Positions 1-13,799 are shown, counted from the stretch's first letter. The stretch is DNA of 64,000 nucleotides from Azolla caroliniana (GCA_043228905.1 JBHGNT010000005.1:17980001-18044000); one strand, 5' to 3'. Translations and numbers: made by a program. Notes: a model not told the origin generated them from the letters alone.

Positions 1-677
1 GTGTGAATATTGAGGGCGCCTTTATGGCGCCGAAGAGTAGTCAAGTCGGGATAGACGATCCCATGAAAGTCGGGATTTGTCCCACATTGTAACGCATCCC
101 TCTCCTTGTTCTATAAAAGGAAGGGAACGCCCTTTATGGAGGGGTTGCCCATTTTGCATTAGAGGGTATACCGTTAGGTTTAGAGTTAGCTTCTTCTTCT
201 TCTTCTCCTTCGTGTTCGCTTAGGGTTTGCAGCAGCTCATCTCCTGTGCAAGACCCCGCTCGGCGCGACGAGCTGAGAGCTCCCCGACGGCGGCTTGGCA
301 GTAGACGACTACTGTAACCTACCTCAGCCTAGCTCGACGCCGGGAATGTATTCTTCCTTTTATATATATATATATACGTTGCGTCTGTCTGTGTATATTC
401 GCGTCTCTGTTGGTGTCGGGTGCTTCCCCTTTCCTGCGTTTCCCTGTACATAAAGGCGTGAGTAGGGTCGGCATGTGTGTGTGTGTGTGCGCGTGTGTGT
501 GCGTGAGTCGGTGTTAACGCGTGTTCCCTCTCTTTCTCTCTCTCCCTTCGGTAGCTTCCGGTGTTCTTCTGGGATCCCCCGGAAACGGTGAAGCGCGACT
601 TCCTACGCTCCGTCGCTCCCTAGTCCAAGACCCTCGTGGTCCCGCCTTTCTCCACGCACGCGCGTAACAACGCGACA
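1..677 (+). mobile_element. Gypsy-type LTR (3' part or solo LTR; 5' end at or beyond the window edge), related to the LTR of the 20604-33030 element
   Basis: Ends TCCACGCACGCGCGTAACAACGCGACA (651-677), nearly the reverse complement of the LTR terminus at 20604-20630. TATAAAAG at ~112. TSD cannot be checked. Confidence 0.7.
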
Positions 678-1352
678 ACGTTAAATACTTCTAGAATTTT
701 AAAATTATTTACCTTTCTAAAAAATATCTATAATATTGTAAAAAACATATATGTTTACACAATTTTGTGATGTACAATATAGTTCTACATCCTAAAATGC
801 ATATACAACATTTGAACATTTCACATCCGAAAATACTTGTAGTCATATGGATGTCGACATTCCCTTATTCTATATATAAGTGTAAGTGTGTATCACGATG
901 TTCTACTTCAAATTGTAATTATTTACAATTATGCCTTCATAGATTGCGGAATCGTCTACGATTATCACACTCATGATAGGTTTCTCTTTTCTTCTTTTTC
1001 TTCTTCTTCTTCTTCTTCTATCTACTGCGATTATCACACTCAGGACAGGTTTATATCTTCTTTTCCCTCTTCTTCTTCTTCTTCTTCTTCATCGTCGTCA
1101 CTTCTATTCTTCTTTCTTCCTTCCTTTGAGTTCTTTTTCACTAAAATCTTTTTTTTCTTTTCCTTTTTGTTAGGGTTTTACTTACATTTTCTTTATAAAT
1201 ACGTATTATACTTGTTTTATTATAAATACGTTAAATACCGTATTGGACAAATGTACATGATATTTGACTGAACAACATTGAGGTATAGTACGTACTATAC
1301 AAATGATGAGGTACTATACGTATTTAAACGTTAAATACGGGTAAGTAAACAA

Positions 1353-1878
1353 CCATGCTCTAGACTCTCTCTATCACTGTCCGGCTCATTTTCTCCGCTA
1401 ACACGTTCAGTTCTAGTGTCTTTAGCACGATGAATTTGAGTCGGATTCCCTTCGACCGACAGTAATCCTTAAATTGTCCCTGGTATTCTCCTCCGTTGTC
1501 CAGTCAAATCGCCTTCAACTTCTAGACAGTTTCCCTTTCCACTCTCGCGTGGAAGTCCTTGAAGACAGATAGTACCCGGTCCTTCGTCTTCAGCGCTGAG
1601 ACCCACAGCTTCCAGTTGTGGTCGTCTATGAATGTCACGAAGTAGTGTGATCCGGCATGTCACTTCGTGTCCACTTGACATACATCAGTATGCACAAGTT
1701 CCTGCGGTGCATTCCGTTTGATCGGTGGTCTTGTCCAGAAAGAGGTTTGGTTTTGTTTGCCGGCCAAACAATCAGTGCATCTCTCAAGTTGCATGTCTTT
1801 CACCTCCGGAATGAGGTTATGATCGGTAAGTCTTCTCATCCCTTTTTAGCTCATGTGACACAACCTCTTGTGCCACAA
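1353..1878 (-). pseudogene. Copia A relic: GAG-pre-integrase/integrase fragment
   Basis: Minus strand reads LWHKRLCHMS...CTDCLAGKQ...LVHTDVC...YFVTFIDD...DNGGEY with stops. It continues at 38560-38606 (EEVNVASDNAGEL) on the far side of Copia B. Confidence 0.85.
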
Positions 1879-2609
1879 TGTTAGGAATATATCCCTCTAG
1901 TGGGAGGAGCCAATTGTTTGGGCTGAGCACTAATGGTTGAAGAGTCGACTATGAGGAAATCGCTTGTGAGAGTTGACTGGGTGAGTCAACAGAAAGGAGA
2001 TCCAGGTTGAAGACGCAACCAACTAGTCAGGCCGACCACATACTCGATGACTATGCCGACTAGTCGGACCGACTGAACATTTGATCCTAGAGTCAGCTGA
2101 TAGCTATTTATTATTATTATAGATAATAATAGTTGTGGTGTATAGTAGGGGCTACACTTGTAAATAGCAAATACAATGTGTTAGTATAGATACACCTACG
2201 ACAAACGTTGTAGTGAGGGTTGCAAGAATAGTTTGTGTTTTCTCTATTGTAGCAAGCGATAGGGAAGAGTGTGAACAAGAGGAGAGAGAGCGAGAGCGAG
2301 CGGTGCCATAGCTATGTTCTGTAACAGCATACGCCAAGAGCCCTGTGTAGTTGATGCACTCGGTGTAGAGAGTTTTGTACTCTAATCTCGTCATTGTATA
2401 TCCAATGTATACTGAAGCTCTGTTCTATGTGGTTTTCTCCCGTTTTAGGGTTTCCACATCAAATCTGTGTACATTATTTTTTTGTGTTTCCGAACTGTGT
2501 ATTTTCAGCGCATCCCCTCTTGTGGATTGATGATTCGCTTCTCAATAAACTAGTATCAAAGCTTGACGTGCAAGCATGGAAGGAGGTGTGAGTGGCTCAT
2601 AGGCTTCCT

Positions 2610-5600
2610 AGGAATGATAGTTCTAAACTCTCAGAACTATGTAGACTCGAAGATAAAGATGGAGGACCTTCTCATAGTCAAAGACCTGTACGAGCGATCG
2701 ACATAGCAGAAATACCCATGGGGGTATTAGAGTCAGAATGGAAGCTTCTTAACAGAAAGGTGGTGGCCACCATCTGACAGTGCATCGATGTAAGTGTCCT
2801 TCAGCATTTGGCAAATGACACAAATGCCCACGAGATGTGGTAGAAGTTGTTAGGTCTATATGAGAGGAAGAACACCCTCAATAAAACCTCATTGATGAGA
2901 AAGATCGTATGACTGAAGTACTAAGACGATGAGAGCATCGTCAAATACATCGGCACATTCATGGGTATTTAAATCAACTTGCTGCAACCAAGTTTCCCCG
3001 TGATGATGCTATGCAGGCCATCCTGCTGATGTGCACACTACCGAATAGCTGGGAGAACCTCTCGGTTACTCTCAGCACCTCCTGTCAAGAAGAGAACTTG
3101 TCTTTACAAATGGTGAAGACAAGCATCCTGAACGAGGAAGAGAGAAGGAAGGACAAGGGTGTCCTAGTCTAGTCGGAGTCAAATTTGACTCAACATACCG
3201 AAAGGGGAAGAAACCGGCAAAGTAGTCCACCAAGGAGAGAAAAGTCTCAAGCCAGGTCGAAGTCCAGAGGAAAGCTTGTGTGCTTCTATTGTGGAAAACC
3301 TGGACACTTCTAGAAGGTCTGCTGACACGCGAGGAATGACAAAGGTGTTGGTAATGGTGTCAAACCCAGGAATATTCCTAATGAAAAGGGCACTTCAACC
3401 ATTGCTACGAGCAATGAAAAACTTTTGTTCATCTATGAACAGACAAGTGCAAACCAAGCGATTGAGGAATGCACTTGGGTGATCGACTCCGGTGCATCTT
3501 TCCATATAACTCCGTCGACAGAGTATTTCTCGACTTACATAGCTGGGTATCATGGTTATGTAAAGATGGGTGACAATGGGGAGTGCAAGATAGCCGGAGT
3601 CGGATGTGTCTGCCTGAAGACGTCGACAGGGTGTTGGCTAACTCTAAAGGATGTTCGACATGTCCCCGATATCAGACTGAACCTGATATCTACTGGAGGA
3701 CTAGATGACGAAGGCTACAGTGGTAGCTTTCGGAATGGCAAGTGGAAGTTCTGTTGTGGAAACCTCATAATGGCCCGAGCACAAAAGGAAGGCACATTGT
3801 ATATGATGCAAGCCCGACTGAGCAAGTCGGAAATTAATGTGGTAGCCGACTTGGCACGACAGATATGGCATAAGAGGTTAGGCCACATGAGTGAGAAGGG
3901 ACTGCATCTGTTGGCCGACCAGAAGATTCTACCAGAAGTAAAGGGAGTGCACCTAGAGAAGTATGTCGACTGCTTAGTCGGAAAGCAGAATAGAGCAGCA
4001 TTCCACACACGGCCACCAAGAAGAAGAGAAGTTGCACTAGAATTGGTACACATGGATGTGTGTTATGTAGATGCTCCATCGCATCTAGGCGGACAATATT
4101 TTGTGACTTTCATCGACGACTATAGTTGGAAGTTGTGGGCTTTTGTACTAAAGTCAAAAGATCAAGTACTGTCATTTTTCAAGGAGTTCCAGGCAAGAGC
4201 TGAATGGGAGTCAGATCTGAAGTTAAAGGTTGTCAGAACTGATAATGGTGGTGAATATAAAGGGCAGTTTGAGGAATACTACAAGGCCCAAGGTATTCGA
4301 ATCGAATACACAGTACCGAAGACCCATGAGTTGAACGGGCTTGCAGAGAGGATGAACTGGAAAATCATGGAGAGAGTAAGGAGCATGATGTCGCATGCTA
4401 AACTGTCGAAAATATATTGGGTTGAGGCGATGTATGCGACTATTTATCTGATCAATAGGTCCCCCTCAGTACCGTTGAAAGGTGTTGTCCCACAAAGGGT
4501 GTGGATAGGAAAGGATGTCTTCTATCGACACCTGAAGGTGTTTGGATGCCTAGTGTATATGCATGTGGCTAAGGATCAGAGGTTGAAGCTCGGCAATAAG
4601 TCGAAAGCATGCATATTCATGGGATACTCAGAAGATGATTTCGGCTATAGGCTATGGGACCTAGTCGACAAGAAAGTAGTGAGTTTTTGGGATGTATTCT
4701 TCTTGGAAGACAAGATGATAGAGGACTGGAAGCAATAGAAGTCGGAATTGTCTACCTAGTCAACCCCTACTACTATCGACTTGAGGCCAAGCGAACCGAT
4801 ACAGTTCGCACAGCCGAATCCGAGTCAGTTGACTCGGAGAGACCGACTGACTATGAGTCTGAGTCGGCTGAGTTGTTAAGATCAATCAAGGAATACGAGT
4901 TGGATTCGTCTAACCTTCAAAAGCTGATCGACATATATGAACCCAAGCAAAGAGGAGAGTCGACAGAGACGCTCGAACGAGAGCCGACAACGAGTGGGAG
5001 GAGATACCCACTCTGAGAAAGGAGAGTATCGACAACAAATGCCAGTCAATACATCCTCTTGACTGATGAAGGTGAGCCAGAATGCTATGATGAAGCCATT
5101 GCCGACGAACACAGAGAGAAATGGTTGAACACGATGCAAGATGAGATGGACTCCTTGCACGAAAACTACACCTACGACCTGATAGAATTACCCAAAAGGT
5201 AAGAGAGCAGTCTGAAACAAATGGGTCTACAAGGTGAAGATTGGAGAAGTTGACAGTGCACCTAGGTATAAAGCCCGCATTGTTGTGAAGAGTTTCCAAT
5301 AGAAAAAGGGCGTCAACTTTGACAAAATATTCGCTCTAGTCGTGAAGAATACATCCATTAGAACTGTTCTGAGCATAGCTGCTAGCATGGATTTGGAGAT
5401 CGAATAGTTGGATGTCAAGACGACATTCTTGCAAGGGGAGCTAGATGAAGAAATTGACATGCAGCAGCCCAAAGGCTTTGTGGAGAAAGGGAAAGAGAAT
5501 CTGGTGTGTCGACTGAAGAAAAGCTTGTATCAGTTGAAACAAGCTCCACGCCAATGGTACAAGAAGTTCCAATCCTTCATGGTGGAACATGGGTTCTAGA

Positions 5601-5615
5601 AAACACAGGTTGATC
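2610..5615 (+). pseudogene. Copia B gag-pol (gag, protease, integrase, 5' part of RT), truncated
   Basis: CFYCGKPGH knuckle, WVIDSGAS protease, WHKRLGHMS, TDNGGEY and DVKTTFLQGEL motifs, with many stops. Ends abruptly at the start of the array. Confidence 0.92.
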
Positions 5616-6418
5616 AACCATCATAATATAATTTTACAACGTAGGACAAACTTACATTATATCGGATGGTCGTCTTAGCTCAGCTGGTAGAGCGCGTGGC
5701 TTTTAACCACATGGTTGTTAGTTCGGTTCCCACAGACAGAGAGAAGTTCAACCATCTCTTGCTTTCTCAAACTTTCCTCCCCATTTGATGCATTCGTTGT
5801 ACAATATGCATACATTGAGCAACTTTGTTTCGTGGGCGAGGTTTAGTATATGAATTCTTGTACAATATTCATACATTGTGAAACCGTATCTTGTGGGCGA
5901 GGTTTTGGATGAAGTCGGTCGTGTTTCCCTACATTGATTTGCATGGTCTTTTTCACTCTCAAAAATGAGGAGAGAGTGTGTTTCGCATAGAATCACCGTC
6001 ATAATATAATTCTACCACCTAAGACACACTACATGGCCGTCTTAGCTCAGCGGGTAGAAATCGTGGCTTTTAACCATGTGGTCGTGGGTTTGATTCCCAC
6101 AGACGGTGAGAAGTTTAACCTCTTGGAAATCGGTCCCTCTGGATGGGATCTGGTTATGAATGAAGAGGACCCGATGAGAATTGAAAGAGATTTGAAAACT
6201 GGATTGGGATGACCCTTGAGAACCGGAAGAGATCCGGAAACCGTATCGGATGGATCCGGTGAGAACCGAAAGAGAAGATATATTTGTAAATATGTTTTGA
6301 GTATGGCTATTGAGGCTTTATTTGTAAATAGTTCTAAGTTCAGATGAGTATAAATATGACTTAGAGCAATCACTTTGTTAGAGTTGTTGTCATATTGTTG
6401 TATGAGGATAACTGTTCT

Positions 6419-6450
<32 letters not shown>

Positions 6451-6769
6451 GAGATACAGAATGATACTCTTTTGTAACCGCCGCTCGGCGAAGAAACAGA
6501 GCTCGAGGTCTTTGCCTCCAAGTCTCTGATTGTACCTTTATCATATAGTGATAGTTTGGAGTTTGTGGGCTCCTGTGGTTTTTTCCCTATTAGGGTTTTC
6601 TACGTAAACATCTTGAGTACTCTCTATTGCTTGTGTATATACGTGCGTTCACTCTCTATTTCCCATTTCTATGTTTCATTCTCATTCAAGTGATTCAGTA
6701 CTCGGTTGTGGCCGAGCAATATTCCTCGTTGTTCTCTTCAATCTGGTATCAGACCGAACAACACAAGAA

Positions 6770-7875
6770 ATGGAAGAATCGTTCGGCGGCATGTTCAAGC
6801 TCACCGGATCTAACTACTCAGTGTGGAAGTCGAGGATGAGGGATATGTTGGTGATTAAAGATCTTTGGTTGCCAGTTTAGTTCGGGGACAAGAGACCGGA
6901 TAAGATCAATGCCACAGTGTGGGAGGTGATGCACATGAAGACGACGGCATACATTCTGTGCTTCATCGACATGAGTCTAGACAACAACTTCAATGAAGAA
7001 AGTAAGGCTCATGAACTCTGGGAGAAGATCGGCATCGTGTTCCAGAACAAGAATGTCGTTAATCGGTTTTGGTATTCCGAAAGTTAGTGAGGCTCCGGTA
7101 CCAAGACGGCTCTAGTATGGTGGAGCACATGAATACCTTCCAGGGGTTGATACATCAAGCAACCTCGTTGGAAGTACCTCTCGCCGATGAGGTACTCGCA
7201 TTACTCCTGCTCGGTTCCCTCCTGGATAGTTGGAAGACGTTGGTTGTCACGTTGGGCCGGAAGGAAAACAGTTGTCCCTAGCAAGAGTCAAGTCAAGCTT
7301 GCTAGATGAAGAAGCTCACTGGAAGGACTGGGAGCCTGAAACCGATCCGAAGTTCTTGGTCACGGAAGATGACCACCAACTGGGGAAGAGGCCGGTATTG
7401 GAGTCCCCAAAATCGGGACAAATCGGGGGCGAGGTCAAAGTCAAGGGAGAGGCCTACCTGCTTATATTGTGGGAAGTCGGGGCACTTCCAAAAAAACTGT
7501 CGGCACTTCTAGAAAGAGAAAGAAACCGGCACTACCGATTTGAAGAAGAGTTTGGACCAAAACGGTTTGGACTAGAGAGGCCCGGATTGGAAGGGAACAT
7601 CGGCAATCGCGACAAGTGAAGAAGAACTAATGCTCATTACTGAGGAGAATGAGTTAAATCTTGTCAGTGACGAGACAACGTAGGTTGTCAATTCCGGAGC
7701 GTTGTTCCACCTGACACCAGACCGGAGATGCTTGTCACGGTTGTGTCCGTATGGGGAATGAAGGTACATGCCGAATTTTTGGGATAAGACGTGTTGTTAA
7801 TGACATCAACCGAATGTAAATTGTTGTTGAAAGAGGTTTGACACATTCGAAAGGTTCGGTTGAGCATAATATCAA
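6770..7875 (+). pseudogene. Copia C gag/protease region
   Basis: MEESFGGMFKLTGSNYSVWKSRMRDML and CLYCGKSGHFQKNC, with stops and frameshifts. Confidence 0.9.
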
Positions 7876-8385
7876 CCTTGTCTTGTGGGCGAGGTTTAGT
7901 ATGACATCTTATACAATATCCACACATTGAGGAACCTTATCTTGTGGGCAAGGTTTAGTATGAGAAGTTAATCATGTTTCCGTACATTGATTTGCATCCC
8001 TCTCGAAAATGAGGAGAGAGTGTCTCTCGCATAGATTGACCATCATAATATAATTCTACAGCTTGGGACACACAACATGGCCGTCTTAGCTCAGCCGCTA
8101 GAGCGCGTGTCTTTTAACCACGTGGTCGTGGGTTCGATTCCCACAGACGGCGAGAAGTTTAACCTATCTCTTGCTTTCTCAAACTTCACTTCCCATTCCA
8201 TGCACTCGTTGTATAATATGCATACATTGAGCAACCATCTCTTGCTTTTTACCACGTGGTTGTTGGTTTGGTTTCCACAAACGGAGAGAAGCTCAACCAT
8301 CTCTTGCTTTCTCAAACTTTCTTTCACATTTGATGCATTCGTTATACAATATGTATACATTGAGCAACCTAGGACACACGATATG

Positions 8386-8458
8386 GCCGTCTTAGCTCAG
8401 CCGGTAGAGCGCGTGGCTTTTAACCACGTGGTTGTGGGTTCGATTCCCACAGACGGCG
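8386..8458 (+). tRNA. tRNA-Lys(UUU), near-intact copy (C48 to T)
   Basis: Acceptor GCCGTCT/AGACGGC, D stem GCTC/GAGC, anticodon arm CGTGG-CTTTTAA-CCACG, T arm GTGGG-TTCGATT-CCCAC. An identical copy lies at 8692-8764. Confidence 0.8.
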
Positions 8459-9059
8459 AGAAGTTTAACCTATCTCTTGCTTTCTCAAACTTCACTTCCC
8501 ATTCCATGCACTCGTTGTATAATATGCATACATTGAGCAACCATCTCTTGCTTTTTACCACGTGGTTGTTGGTTTGGTTTCCACAGACGGAGAGAAGCTC
8601 AACCATCTCTTGCTTTCTCAAACTTTCTTTCACATTTGATGCATTCTTTGTACAATATGTATACATTGAGCAACCTAGGACACACGATATGGCCGTCTTA
8701 GCTCAGCCGGTAGAGCGCGTGGCTTTTAACCACGTGGTTGTGGGTTCGATTCCCACAGACGGCGAGAAGTTTAACCTATCTCTTGCTTTCTCAAACTTCA
8801 CTTCCCATTCCATTCACTCTTTGTATCATATGCATACATTGAGCAACCTTGACTTGTGGGCGAGGATTAGTGTGACTTCTTGTACAATATGCATATATTG
8901 AGCAACCTTGTCATGTGGGCGAGATTTAGTATGAGAAGTCGGTCGTGTTTCTTTACATTGATGTGCATGCTCTTTTTCTCTCTCGAAGATGAGGAGAGAG
9001 TGTCTCTCGCATAGATTCTCCATCATAATATAATTCTACAACCTAGGACACGCGACATG

Positions 9060-9132
9060 GCCGTCTTAGCTCAACCGGTAGAGCGCGTGGCTGTTAACCA
9101 CGTGATCGTGGGTTCGATTGCCGCAGACGGCG
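9060..9132 (+). tRNA. tRNA-Lys body with GTT (Asn) anticodon, probable pseudogene
   Basis: Anticodon loop CTGTTAA. B box GTTCGATTG has C61 to G, which breaks the T stem, and G15 is A. A sister copy lies at 10531-10603. Confidence 0.7.
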
Positions 9133-9426
9133 AGAAGTTTAACCAATATCTTGCTTTCTCAAACCTCACTTCCCATTCCATTCATTCGTTGTATCATATG
9201 GATACATTGAGCAACCTTGTCTTGTGGGCGAGGATTAGTGTGACTTCTTGTATAATATGCATATATTGAGCAACCTTATCATGTGGGCTAGGTTTAGTAT
9301 GAGAAGTCGGTCGTGTTTCTTTACATTGATGTGCATGCTCTTTTTCTCTCTGGAAGATGAGGAGAGAGTGTCTCTCGCATAGATTCACCATCATAATATA
9401 ACTCTAAAACCTAGACATACGACATG

Positions 9427-9499
9427 GCCGTCTTAGCTCAGCCGGTAGAGCGCGTGGCTTTTAACCACGTGGTCGTGGGTTCGATTCCCACAGACGGCA
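9427..9499 (+). tRNA. tRNA-Lys(UUU), intact (A73)
   Basis: All four stems pair; A and B boxes intact. Confidence 0.85.
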
Positions 9500-10162
9500 A
9501 GAAGTTTAACCGATCTCTTGCTTTCTCAAATTTCACTTCCCATTCCATGCATTCATTGTATCATATGCTTACATTGAGCAACCTTGTCTTGTGGGCGAGG
9601 ATTAGTGTTACTTCTTGTACAATATGCATATATTGAGCAACCTTGTCATGTGGGCGAGGTTTAGTATGAGAAGTCGGTCCTGTTTCTTTACATTGATATG
9701 TATGTTCATCTTCTCTCTCGAAGATGAGGAGAGAGTGTCTCTCCCATAGATTCACCATCATAATATAATTCTACAATCGAGGACACACAACATGGCCATC
9801 TTAGCTCAGCCGGTAGAGCGCTTGGCTTTTAACCCCGTGGTCGTGGGTTCGATTCCCGCAGACGACGAGAAGTTTAACCGATCTCTTGCTTTCTCAAACT
9901 TCACTTCCCATTCCATGCATTCGTTGTATCATATGCATACATTGAGCAACCTTGTCTTGTGGGCGAGGATTAGTGTGACTTCTTGTACAATATGCATATA
10001 TTGAGCAACCTTATCATGTGGGCGAGGTTTAGTATGAGAAGTCGGTCCTGTTTCTTTACATTGATATGCATGTTCATCTTCTCTCTCGAAGATGAGGAGA
10101 GAGTGTCTCTCGCATAGATTCACCATCATAATATAATTCTACAATCGAGCACACACGATATG

Positions 10163-10235
10163 GCCGTCTTAGCTCAGCCGGTAGAGCGCGTGGCTTTTAA
10201 CCACGTGGTCGTGGGTTCGATTCCCGCAGACGGCA
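10163..10235 (+). tRNA. tRNA-Lys(UUU), intact (A73, one U:G in T stem)
   Basis: Full cloverleaf; an identical copy lies at 12371-12443. Confidence 0.85.
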
Positions 10236-11634
10236 AGAAGTTTAACCTATCTCTTGCTTTCTCAAACTTCACTTCCCATTCCATGCATTCGTTGTATCAT
10301 ATGCATACATTGAGCAACCTTGTCTTGTGGGCGAGGATTAGTGTGACTTCTTGTACAATATGCATATATTGAGCAACCTTGTCATGTGGGCGAGATTTAG
10401 TATGAGAAGTCGGTCGTGTTTCTTTACATTGATGTGCATGCTCTTTTTCTCTCTCGAAGATGAGGAGAGAGTGTCTCTCGCATAGATTCACCATCATAAT
10501 ATAATTCTACAACATAGGACACGCGACATGGCCGTCTTAGCTCAACCGGTAGAGCGCGTGACTGTTAACCACGTGATCGTGGGTTCGATTGCCGCAGACG
10601 GCGAGAAGTTTAACCGATATCTTGCTTTCTCAAACCTCACTTCCCATTCCATTCATTCGTTGTATCATATGGATACATTGAGCAACCTTGTCTTGTGGGC
10701 GAGGATTAGTGTGACTTCTTGTATAATATGCATATATTGAGCAACCTTATCATGTGGGCTAGGTTTAGTATGAGAAGTCGGTCGTGTTTCTTTACATTGA
10801 TGTGCATGCTCTTTTTCTCTCTGGAAGATGAGGAGAGAGTGTCTCTCGCATAGATTCACCATCATAATATAACTCTACAACCTAGGACACACGACATGGC
10901 CGTCTTAGCTCAGCCAGTAGAGCGCATGGCTTTTAACCACGTGGTCGTGGGTTCGATTCCCACAGACGGCGAGAAGTTTAACCGATCTCTTGCTTTCTCA
11001 AACTTCACTTCCCATTCCAGTCATTCGTTGTATCATATGGATACATTGAGCAACCTTGTCTTGTGGGCGAGGATTAGTGTGACTTCTTGTACAATATGCA
11101 TATATTGAGCAACCTTATCATGTGGGCTAGGTTTAGTATGAGATGTCGGTCGTGTTTCTTTACATTGATGTGCACGCTCTTTTTCTCTCTCGAAGATGAG
11201 GAGAGAGTGTCTCTCGCATAGATTCACCATCATAATATAATTCTACAACCTAGGACACGCGACATGGCCGTCTTAGCTCAGCCAGTAGAGCGCGTGGCTT
11301 TTAACCACGTGGTCGTGGGTTCGAGTCCCGCAGACGGCGAGAAGTTTAACCGATCTCTTGCTTTCTCAAACTTCACTTCCCATTCCATGCATTCGTTGTA
11401 TCATATGCATACATTGAGCAACCTTGTCTTGTGGGGGAGGATTAGTGTGACTTCTTGTATAATATGCATATATTGAGCAACCTTGTCATGTGGGCGAGGT
11501 TTAGTATGAGAAGTCGGTCGTGTTTCTTTACATTGATGTGCACGCTCTTTTTCTCTCTCGAAGATGAGGGGAGAGTGTCTCTCGCATAGATTCACCATCA
11601 TAATATAATTCTACAACCTAGGACACGCAACATG

Positions 11635-11707
11635 GCCGTCTTAGCTCAGCCGGTAGAGCACGTGGCTTTTAACCACGTGGTCGTGGGTTCGATTCCCGCA
11701 GACGGCG
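11635..11707 (+). tRNA. tRNA-Lys(UUU), near-intact (G26 to A)
   Basis: Full cloverleaf; A and B boxes intact. Confidence 0.8.
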
Positions 11708-12370
11708 AGAAGTTTAACCGATCTCTTGCTTTCTCAAACTTCACTTCCCATTCCATTCATTCGTTGTATCATATGGATACATTGAGCAACCTTGTCGTGT
11801 GGGCGAGGATTAGTGTGACTTCTTGTACAATATGCATATATTGAGCAACCTTATCTTGTGGGCTAGGTTTAGTATGAGAAGTCGGTCGTGTTTCTTTACA
11901 TTGATGTGCATGCTCTTTTTCTCTCTCGAAGATGAGGAGAGAGTGTCTCTCGCATAGATTCACCATCATAATATAATTCTACAACCTAGGACACGCGACA
12001 TGGCCGTCTTAGCTCAGCCGGTAGAGCACGTGGCTTTTAACCATGTGATCGTGGGTTCGATTCCCGCAGACGGCGAGAAGTTTAACCGATATCTTGCTTT
12101 CTCAAACCTCATTTCCCATTCCATTCATTCGTTGTATCATATGGATACATTGAGCAACCTTGTCTTGTGGGTGAGGATTAGTGTGACTTCTTGTATAATA
12201 TGCATATATTGAGCAACCTTATCATGTGGGCTAGGTTTAGTATGAGAAGTCGGTCGTGTTTCTTTACATTGATGTGCATGCTCTTTTTCTCTCTGGAAGA
12301 TGAGGAGAGAGTGTCTCTCGCATAGATTCACCATCATAATATAACTCTACAACCTAGGACACACGACATG

Positions 12371-12443
12371 GCCGTCTTAGCTCAGCCGGTAGAGCGCGTG
12401 GCTTTTAACCACGTGGTCGTGGGTTCGATTCCCGCAGACGGCA
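12371..12443 (+). tRNA. tRNA-Lys(UUU), intact (A73)
   Basis: Full cloverleaf; A and B boxes intact. Confidence 0.85.
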
Positions 12444-12575
12444 AGAAGTTTAACCGATCTCTTGCTTTCTCAAATTTCACTTCCCATTCCATGCATTCGT
12501 TGTATCATATGCTTACATTGAGTAACCTTGTCTTGTGGGCGAGGATTAGTGTGACTTCTTGTACAATATGCATAT

Positions 12576-12918
12576 TGTTGGTAGACAGGTCCCTCCGGAT
12601 GGGAAGAGAGAAGAACAGTGCCGACGAACATACTCGGCCGAGGCCGAAACGGTATGAACCGGATGAGGAGTACCCGACTGCGGAGAGTCAGATGGTGTAG
12701 GCCCGACTGCGGGAACCCGGATGAGGAGTACCCGACTGCGGAGAGTCGGATGCTGTAAGCCCGACTGCGGAGAGCCGGATGAAGCTCATCAAGGCTACAT
12801 TTGTAAATAGCCGAAAAGTCATATTAGTATATATATGACTTAGGGTAAACTTTTAGTTATTATGTTGTTATTATTATTCTTCCTTGTTGGTGCAAGAAGA
12901 AATTAGAGCGCGTAACTG

Positions 12919-12979
<61 letters not shown>

Positions 12980-13263
12980 GAGGTCGTTGCCTCTGTTGTA
13001 ACCGCCGCCTGTGGCGAAGATCTGTGAGCACGAGGTCGTTGCCTCAGTGATCTCACTGTTGTATATTTCTGCATAGTAACAGTTTGCAGCTTGTGGGCTG
13101 CCATGGTTTTTCCCCCTATTTTGGGGTTTTCCACGTATACCTCCTGTGCACCATTTCTCTCCTTATCTTTTGTGTCGCGTTTTCATTACCTGTTTTTTCT
13201 GTGTATGTAAAGAATCTCGGTTGTGGCCGAGCGTCGGACATAAGGAACCTCGAGTTCCCAACA
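12576..13263 (+). mobile_element. Copia solo LTR (688 bp) in an array spacer
   Basis: TGTTGG...CCAACA ends with perfect TSD CATAT (12571-12575/13264-13268). The 5' end resembles the Copia A and C LTRs (GGTCCCTCCGGATGG). Contains CCGACTGCGG four times and an (AG)n tract. Confidence 0.95.
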
Positions 13264-13768
13264 CATATATTGAGCAACCTTGTCATGTGGGCGAGGTTTA
13301 GTATGAGAAGTCGGTCCTGTTTCTTTACATTGATATGCATGTTCTTCTTCTCTCTCGAAGATGAGGAGAGAGTGTCTCTCGCATAGATTCACCATCATAA
13401 TATAATTCTACAACCGAGGACACACGACATGGCCGTCTTAGCTCAGCCGGTAGAGCGCGTGGCTTTTAACCACGTGGTCTTGGGTTCGATTCCCGCAGAC
13501 GGCGAGAAGTTTAACCGATCTCTTGCTTTCTCAAACTTCACTTCCCATTCCATGCATTCGTTGTATCATATGCATACATTGAGCAACCTTGTCTTGTGGG
13601 CGAGGATTAGTGTGACTTCTTGTACAATATGCATATATTGAGCAACCTTGTCATTTGGGTGAGGTTTAGTATGAGAAGTCGGTCGTGTTTCTTTACATTG
13701 ATGTGCATGCTCTTTTTCTCTCTGGAAGATGAGGAGAGAGTGTCTCTCGCATAGATTCACCATCATAA

Positions 13769-13774
13769 TATAAT
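13769..13774 (+). promoter_or_regulatory. TATA-like element at -31..-26 of a tRNA (representative; repeated in most units)
   Basis: TATAAT starts 31 nt upstream of the tRNA at 13800, the usual position of upstream TATA elements in plant tRNA genes. Confidence 0.6.
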
Positions 13775-13799
13775 TCTACAACCTAGGACACACGACATG

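Noticed and set aside
888-1271. Ser/Phe-rich ORFs
   Set aside because: Products of (TTC)n low-complexity sequence.
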